Positions 25,199 through 25,781 of a DNA stretch of 25,781 bases are shown one piece after another (within the stretch, counting starts at the first letter, position 1; every line of letters begins with the position of its first letter). The DNA comes from Candidatus Krumholzibacteriia bacterium (GTDB lineage: Bacteria; Krumholzibacteriota; Krumholzibacteriia; LZORAL124-64-63). The notes beneath the pieces are model-generated. The model did not search any database and was not told the DNA's origin. It worked only from the letters and a program-made list of their open reading frames with translations. Position numbers and translations under genes: made by a program. Location of the stretch: positions 1 through 25,781 of the forward strand of contig JAWOID010000093.1 of the NCBI GenBank assembly GCA_046484865.1, given 5' to 3'.

Positions 25199-25781
25199 AT
25201 GAACGACCGCGAATCCCACGATGCCTCTGCCGACCACGGGCAGAGCTCCCGGCGCGACGAGCAGGCCGAGCACGCCGGCCCCGCCCACCACGCCGGCCAC
25301 GCCGACGACGACAAGCATGCCGGCCACGCCGACGACGACAAGCACGCCGGCCACACCGACCGCGCTGAACGCGCTGGTCACGCCGGCCACGCCGGCCACG
25401 ACGGCCACGACGAGCACGCCGGCCACAGTGTGGCGATGTTCCGGAGCAAGTTCTGGCTCTCGCTCATCCTCACCGTGCCGGTGGTGTTCTGGTCGGGGCA
25501 CATCCAGGAGCTCGTCGGCTACCAGGCGCCGGTCTTCCCGGGCTCGCGCTGGATTCCGCCGGTCTTCGGCACGGTCGTCTTCCTGTACGGCGGGCTCGTC
25601 TTCCTCCAGGGCGCCTGGCGCGAGCTGAAGCAGCGCCAGCCGGGCATGATGACGCTCATCTCGCTCGCCATCACGGTGGCGTTCCTGTTCAGCGTCGCCG
25701 TGGAGCTGGGGTTCAGAGCGACTGCGCTCTGGTGGGAGCTGGCCACGCTCGTCACGGTGATGCTGCTCGGGCACTGGATCG
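25199..25781 (+). CDS. copB: 5' part of a CopB-type (P1B-3-like) copper-translocating P-type ATPase; runs off the right edge
   Basis: Not in the ORF track because it is open-ended. Manual translation: MNDRESHD...(His-rich)...HAGHSVAMFRSKFWLSLILTVPV...FLYGG.VFLQGAWRELKQRQPGMMTLISLAITVAF...WWELATLVTVMLLGHWI. A His-rich N-terminus plus PGMMTL and WEL..L..MLLGHWI are typical of CopB. The CPH motif is outside the window. Confidence 0.85.
   Translation, partial: MNDRESHDASADHGQSSRRDEQAEHAGPAHHAGHADDDKHAGHADDDKHAGHTDRAERAGHAGHAGHDGHDEHAGHSVAMFRSKFWLSLILTVPVVFWSGHIQELVGYQAPVFPGSRWIPPVFGTVVFLYGGLVFLQGAWRELKQRQPGMMTLISLAITVAFLFSVAVELGFRATALWWELATLVTVMLLGHWI
25289..25354 (+). repeat. 27-bp tandem repeat (HAGHADDDK x2 plus partial) in the ATPase His-rich leader
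   Basis: Units at 25289-25315 and 25316-25342 differ by 1 nt; a partial third unit starts at 25343. Confidence 0.9.

Noticed and set aside
25139..25774. Track ORFs 25139-25774(-), 25221-25628(+) and 25084-25356(-)
   Set aside because: Alternative frames of the open-ended CopB-type gene starting at 25199.

Overview
High-GC (visually ~70%) window from a diderm bacterium; two C-terminal-Phe beta-barrel genes are present. It is mostly densely coding, with 17 supportable CDSs, two of them cut by the window edges and absent from the ORF track. In order: the N-terminus of an IS1/InsA-like zinc-ribbon (probable transposase) gene on the minus strand; an operon of GMC oxidoreductase, Gfo/Idh/MocA oxidoreductase and an LPG-synthase-TM (flippase-like) protein; a lipoprotein serpin; a clade-3-type heme catalase; a ~9.8 kb three-gene secreted-protein operon; a secreted transglutaminase-like protein; a small exported Cys-motif protein with an (S)EHP-repeat tail; a NifB/NifX-domain/SlyD-type PPIase fusion; a FadL-like outer-membrane protein with an intrinsic terminator; a PQQ-dependent sugar dehydrogenase; an isochorismatase-family hydrolase; a Tpx with a signal-like extension; and the His-rich start of a CopB-type P1B ATPase. 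The best candidate for an undescribed system is the 7342-17138 operon. It encodes an outer-membrane barrel of unknown family, a 1927-aa TANFOR-like multidomain protein with no recognisable T9SS C-terminal signal, and a six-FnIII protein, and it may be a dedicated surface-display or secretion module. All family calls come from motif recognition by eye; no searches were run.
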